A stretch of 60,832 nt of DNA, counting the filler, from Asterionella formosa (lineage: Eukaryota), in assembly GCA_002256025.1 (NCBI GenBank). It is 16 parts of 16 records of this genome, joined end to end, with 100 filler letters (N's around TTAATTAATTAA, not from the genome) between each part and the next. Parts side by side here need not be neighbours in the genome. Positions count along the whole stretch, not along the records: positions 57,143 to 60,832 come from NKIB01013968.1; 15 more parts are not named here. One strand, given 5' to 3'. The notes under the pieces are model-generated. The model had not been told where the DNA came from. It did no database searches and was given only the letters and a program-made list of their open reading frames with translations. This document shows positions 57,786-60,832 of the stretch, piece by piece. Both the position numbers and the translations under genes were made by a program. The stretch's first letter is position 1, and every line of letters begins with the position of its first letter.

Positions 57786-60662
57786 CTAGTCTGCAATGGG
57801 GGAAATCAAAGGCACTGGAGCAGTGTACTTCCCAACAGCCAGCAATAGATTTCGTTTGGTATACTGTAAGTCTAACAACATAGTTTGACGAGTCTTGAAA
57901 GAGCGGTTTGGTTCCTTCATTCCCATCCGGTTTGCGTGTTGCACCAATGCCACATTAGCCAATGGAGCAGATTCTCCCCATCCCTGCTTTTCTGCGTAAT
58001 CTGAATTTCCCATGTGATTCGCAGCCCCACGAACGTCCCAGATGCGAACCACGCAATCATCCCCACCAGCAGCCAAAGCACTTCCACATGGACTGTAACA
58101 TAATGAGTTAATCATTGAAGCATTCGAAATTCCAGAACGATCTCGTTTCAAATTGGCGGGGGGTCGATACTCGTTCACTTTTTTACCGCTTCCTAAATCC
58201 CAAACATGTATCACTCCAGCATAATCGGCGCCAGAACAGAATTGTCCAGAGGGTGAAACAGCAACAACATTAATACCACAGCTACCCCCGGTCAACAATC
58301 GAACACAATGTCCACTCTGAACATCCCACATGCGCACAGTTTTGTCGTCGCATCCTGTAACGACATAGTTGCAATTTGGGTGCCACTCGACGGCATTTAC
58401 TGACGCATTGGTATGCCCGGAGAGAATCCTAACCGGAGTGGGCTTGTCTGTTACCCAAATGCGAGCCGTTGCATCGGCTGCAGCTGTGGCAAAATAATAG
58501 CCAGAGGGTGATGATGAGACAGACCAGATCGGGACAGATGGAGCATGCCCTCGGTAAACTGCTAACGCAGCTCCGCTAATGATCTCAGTTGTTTCAGCCT
58601 TGAGCCCCAGAATCGACATCCCCTGCTCGTCAGGTTTGTCCACACCGTCGCCAGGTTTCGAAGGAGCAAAACGACTTTTGGGCTTAACGAGAGTTCCAAA
58701 AGGACCAACAGCCATTGTGTCCCACAATCGAACAGATCCATCGCCGCCGGCACTAAGTAAAGTTCGGCCGTCTCTGTTCCAAGACACGTCAAAGACGGGG
58801 AATCCATTCTTGTGACCCAAGAAGACAATGGAGGTCTCCTTGACCTCGTCGTCGTCGCCTCCTTTTTTCCGAGGATCAAAGATTGACCAAATTCTAACAG
58901 CCGAGTCGTCACAACCGGCTGCGATGCGACGGCCGTCAGGACGGCATAGCTTCGCGCAAGTAATGCCAACTCCCGATTCTTCCCAAATCGATGAAATATC
59001 TGAAGGGCCTGAGCGACTACCACTCCCGGACGACGATGACGAGCAAAGAGTCGATAAGAGGACTGACGGCTCCAAGGGGCTCACGATACTCGCCGGAGGT
59101 GCTTCTTCCGCTGTTCTCATTCCAGAGTCATATTCAAATTTTCGCTCAAGGGCCTCCAAGCGTCTAAATCCATTTACTAACAGACACCGATTAAAGTCAA
59201 CATTGATTTTGGCTTGTCCTGCCTCTTTTGATGAGTTGTATGACTCGTCGAGATACAATCGAGGGAAAGGAAGCTTGTCCGATTCCACAATATTGCCAGT
59301 TTCCGCAGCTCTTGCGTTGGCAGCAATTGGAGCCGCCCACTGGACGTCTTCTTCGTTTCTAGACTTGTGGCGCTTGCGACTGGAAATTACAAAATCGTCC
59401 AAGAGACACGGTGGTGTGTACGGGAGAGGATCTCTACGCTCCACTTGAATTTCGCATTTGGTCTGCAATAGTGTGCTCATGGGCAAGAGCGATTCCCGTG
59501 AGGACAAAAATTGAGCCAAAAGGGCGTAGGACGATGAACTCAACGTCAATTGCCAACGAACAGCGCGGGCTCGTCGAAGAAAGGGATATTCTTTCATCTT
59601 ATTGAAGGCAATTGTCGCTTGTTTCGCCATCTCTTGGTATTTGGCTTGAAGGTGTGCAATGTGTTGATCGTATTCTGCGAGTTTGTTTTTCTTTGCTTGG
59701 CTTGAAGTGGAGGACACAGTGTTACTGTCACCTTTTAGCTCCTCTGTCTTAAGCTGCAGATTAGCCACCTGGATCATGATTGACTTGAGACGTGACAAAC
59801 AATCTAGATGCTGAGAATTATATGAATTGAGGCGGACCATGTCGTCGGTTGTTCTGCAAGCGTCGAGATCCTTCAATTCCTCAGCATACAGTGGCTCGTA
59901 AATCGTGCGGAAGGACCCAAGCATAGCTTCAGCAGTCGATTCCATGCCTACTTCAATGATTTCGCAATAAGTCTGAACAAAGAGTGCGAATGTGACTGCC
60001 AATAACTCGGGTTTTGTGGAAGGAGGCATGATCATGTTCGTGCCGAATTCATCAAGAAATTCTGCGGCTTTGAGCACTTTGTCAGGAAGTGCTTCATCGC
60101 CAGCAGCCGACCTGGCCAGCGATGCTATGGAGATCCCAGTGGTATCCTGTCCTGAAAACTTCGGCATGCTCTTCATGGGAATAGCAGGATCGTCTGGCAA
60201 CGTCAAGACCCACGTCTGAAGCGCAGTGAAACTGTCTAGATAGGCTTTTGCTTCTTCCAACCCCATTCGATCCTGCAATAACCTCTCCTTTCCCGAGTCC
60301 AGCTCAACTGACAGATTGACATCTGGAACTCCCCATTGCGGTACTTGCGCAGATCCATCTTGATCATATCCATATCCCCCTCCGGTACTTCGGGCCAGCA
60401 ACGTTCGCTGCGCTCTAGATTCCGCTTCCTCCATGTCCATGCGCTCTCGTCGTGTTTCAGGCTCAACATTCGATGCTCGGATTATTTTCGTAAGCTCGAG
60501 AGCTGCACTTCCTAGTCCTCGCTTGCGTAAGTACGACAAGACGGCTTCATCGGTTGGTTCGACGACCTCATTCTCGGTCGGCGTCGGAAATGAGGTCGCA
60601 GCTGGCGTTTCTTCTGAAGTTTCCGGTGGAATGGGTGTTGCTGCTTCTTCTGTTGACTCCAT
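57786..60662 (-). CDS. TAF5: Transcription initiation factor TFIID subunit 5 (958 aa, apparently intronless)
   Basis: LisH-like DEAVLSYLRKRGL, NTD2-like (AYLDSFTALQTWV, KPELLAVTFALFVQTY), and C-terminal WD40 repeats (AVYRGH..IWSV..SPSGYYFATA, VRILSGH..WHPNCNYVVTGCDDKTVRMWDVQSG.CVRLL, FKTRQT). Confidence 0.92.
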   Translation of the reverse strand: MESTEEAATPIPPETSEETPAATSFPTPTENEVVEPTDEAVLSYLRKRGLGSAALELTKIIRASNVEPETRRERMDMEEAESRAQRTLLARSTGGGYGYDQDGSAQVPQWGVPDVNLSVELDSGKERLLQDRMGLEEAKAYLDSFTALQTWVLTLPDDPAIPMKSMPKFSGQDTTGISIASLARSAAGDEALPDKVLKAAEFLDEFGTNMIMPPSTKPELLAVTFALFVQTYCEIIEVGMESTAEAMLGSFRTIYEPLYAEELKDLDACRTTDDMVRLNSYNSQHLDCLSRLKSIMIQVANLQLKTEELKGDSNTVSSTSSQAKKNKLAEYDQHIAHLQAKYQEMAKQATIAFNKMKEYPFLRRARAVRWQLTLSSSSYALLAQFLSSRESLLPMSTLLQTKCEIQVERRDPLPYTPPCLLDDFVISSRKRHKSRNEEDVQWAAPIAANARAAETGNIVESDKLPFPRLYLDESYNSSKEAGQAKINVDFNRCLLVNGFRRLEALERKFEYDSGMRTAEEAPPASIVSPLEPSVLLSTLCSSSSSGSGSRSGPSDISSIWEESGVGITCAKLCRPDGRRIAAGCDDSAVRIWSIFDPRKKGGDDDEVKETSIVFLGHKNGFPVFDVSWNRDGRTLLSAGGDGSVRLWDTMAVGPFGTLVKPKSRFAPSKPGDGVDKPDEQGMSILGLKAETTEIISGAALAVYRGHAPSVPIWSVSSSPSGYYFATAAADATARIWVTDKPTPVRILSGHTNASVNAVEWHPNCNYVVTGCDDKTVRMWDVQSGHCVRLLTGGSCGINVVAVSPSGQFCSGADYAGVIHVWDLGSGKKVNEYRPPANLKRDRSGISNASMINSLCYSPCGSALAAGGDDCVVRIWDVRGAANHMGNSDYAEKQGWGESAPLANVALVQHANRMGMKEPNRSFKTRQTMLLDLQYTKRNLLLAVGKYTAPVPLISPIAD

Positions 60663-60832
60663 TGTATTGGGTCAGCGAGACTACTATGACAAGGACAGGT
60701 CGACTGAAGGGAGATTAAGTAAATAGCGAATGATCGACGTCGACTGGGGAAAAAACAGTTCCCTTTGTCGTCCATGCCATTGTCAAGATACCTGGTACCA
60801 TACCGGCACCTGGTACTACGGTTTGCTAACTA

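Noticed and set aside
58562..60775. Overlapping and antisense ORFs within TAF5 (similar shadows occur over PGRL1, the ARM gene and the transposases)
   Set aside because: These are shadow frames of real coding sequence with no independent motifs.

Overview
This window is not a contiguous locus. It is 16 unrelated contigs of about 3.7 kb, roughly length-sorted and joined by 100-nt artificial spacers (44 N + TTAATTAATTAA + 44 N), so synteny holds only within a contig. The source is a eukaryote, almost certainly a diatom: spliceosomal introns, PGRL1, a signal peptide + AF plastid presequence, CoDi-type Copia elements. Host genes: TAF5, QCR6 (cytochrome bc1 hinge), an AAA_33-type P-loop kinase, two diverged PGRL1 copies, a helicase-associated (HA) domain protein, an EB_dh/DOMON-like secreted protein and an ARM-repeat pseudogene. 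Most of the rest is transposon-derived: PIF/Harbinger, Plavaka/CMC-like, pogo/Tc1-mariner, Copia, Gypsy, an Ambal-like LINE and a Penelope-like element. Most notable signals: (1) chains of TA-CC(N)GG-TA and TA-GC-TA units that paralog comparisons inside the window show to be insertions at TA sites, probably excision footprints, concentrated upstream of genes and in one case frameshifting a gene; (2) a type I hammerhead ribozyme in the pseudo-LTR of a Penelope-like element; (3) duplicated PGRL1 segments, one having lost its signal peptide; (4) a Copia primer-binding site complementary to the anticodon arm of elongator tRNA-Met. All family assignments come from motif recognition by eye; no database searches were run.
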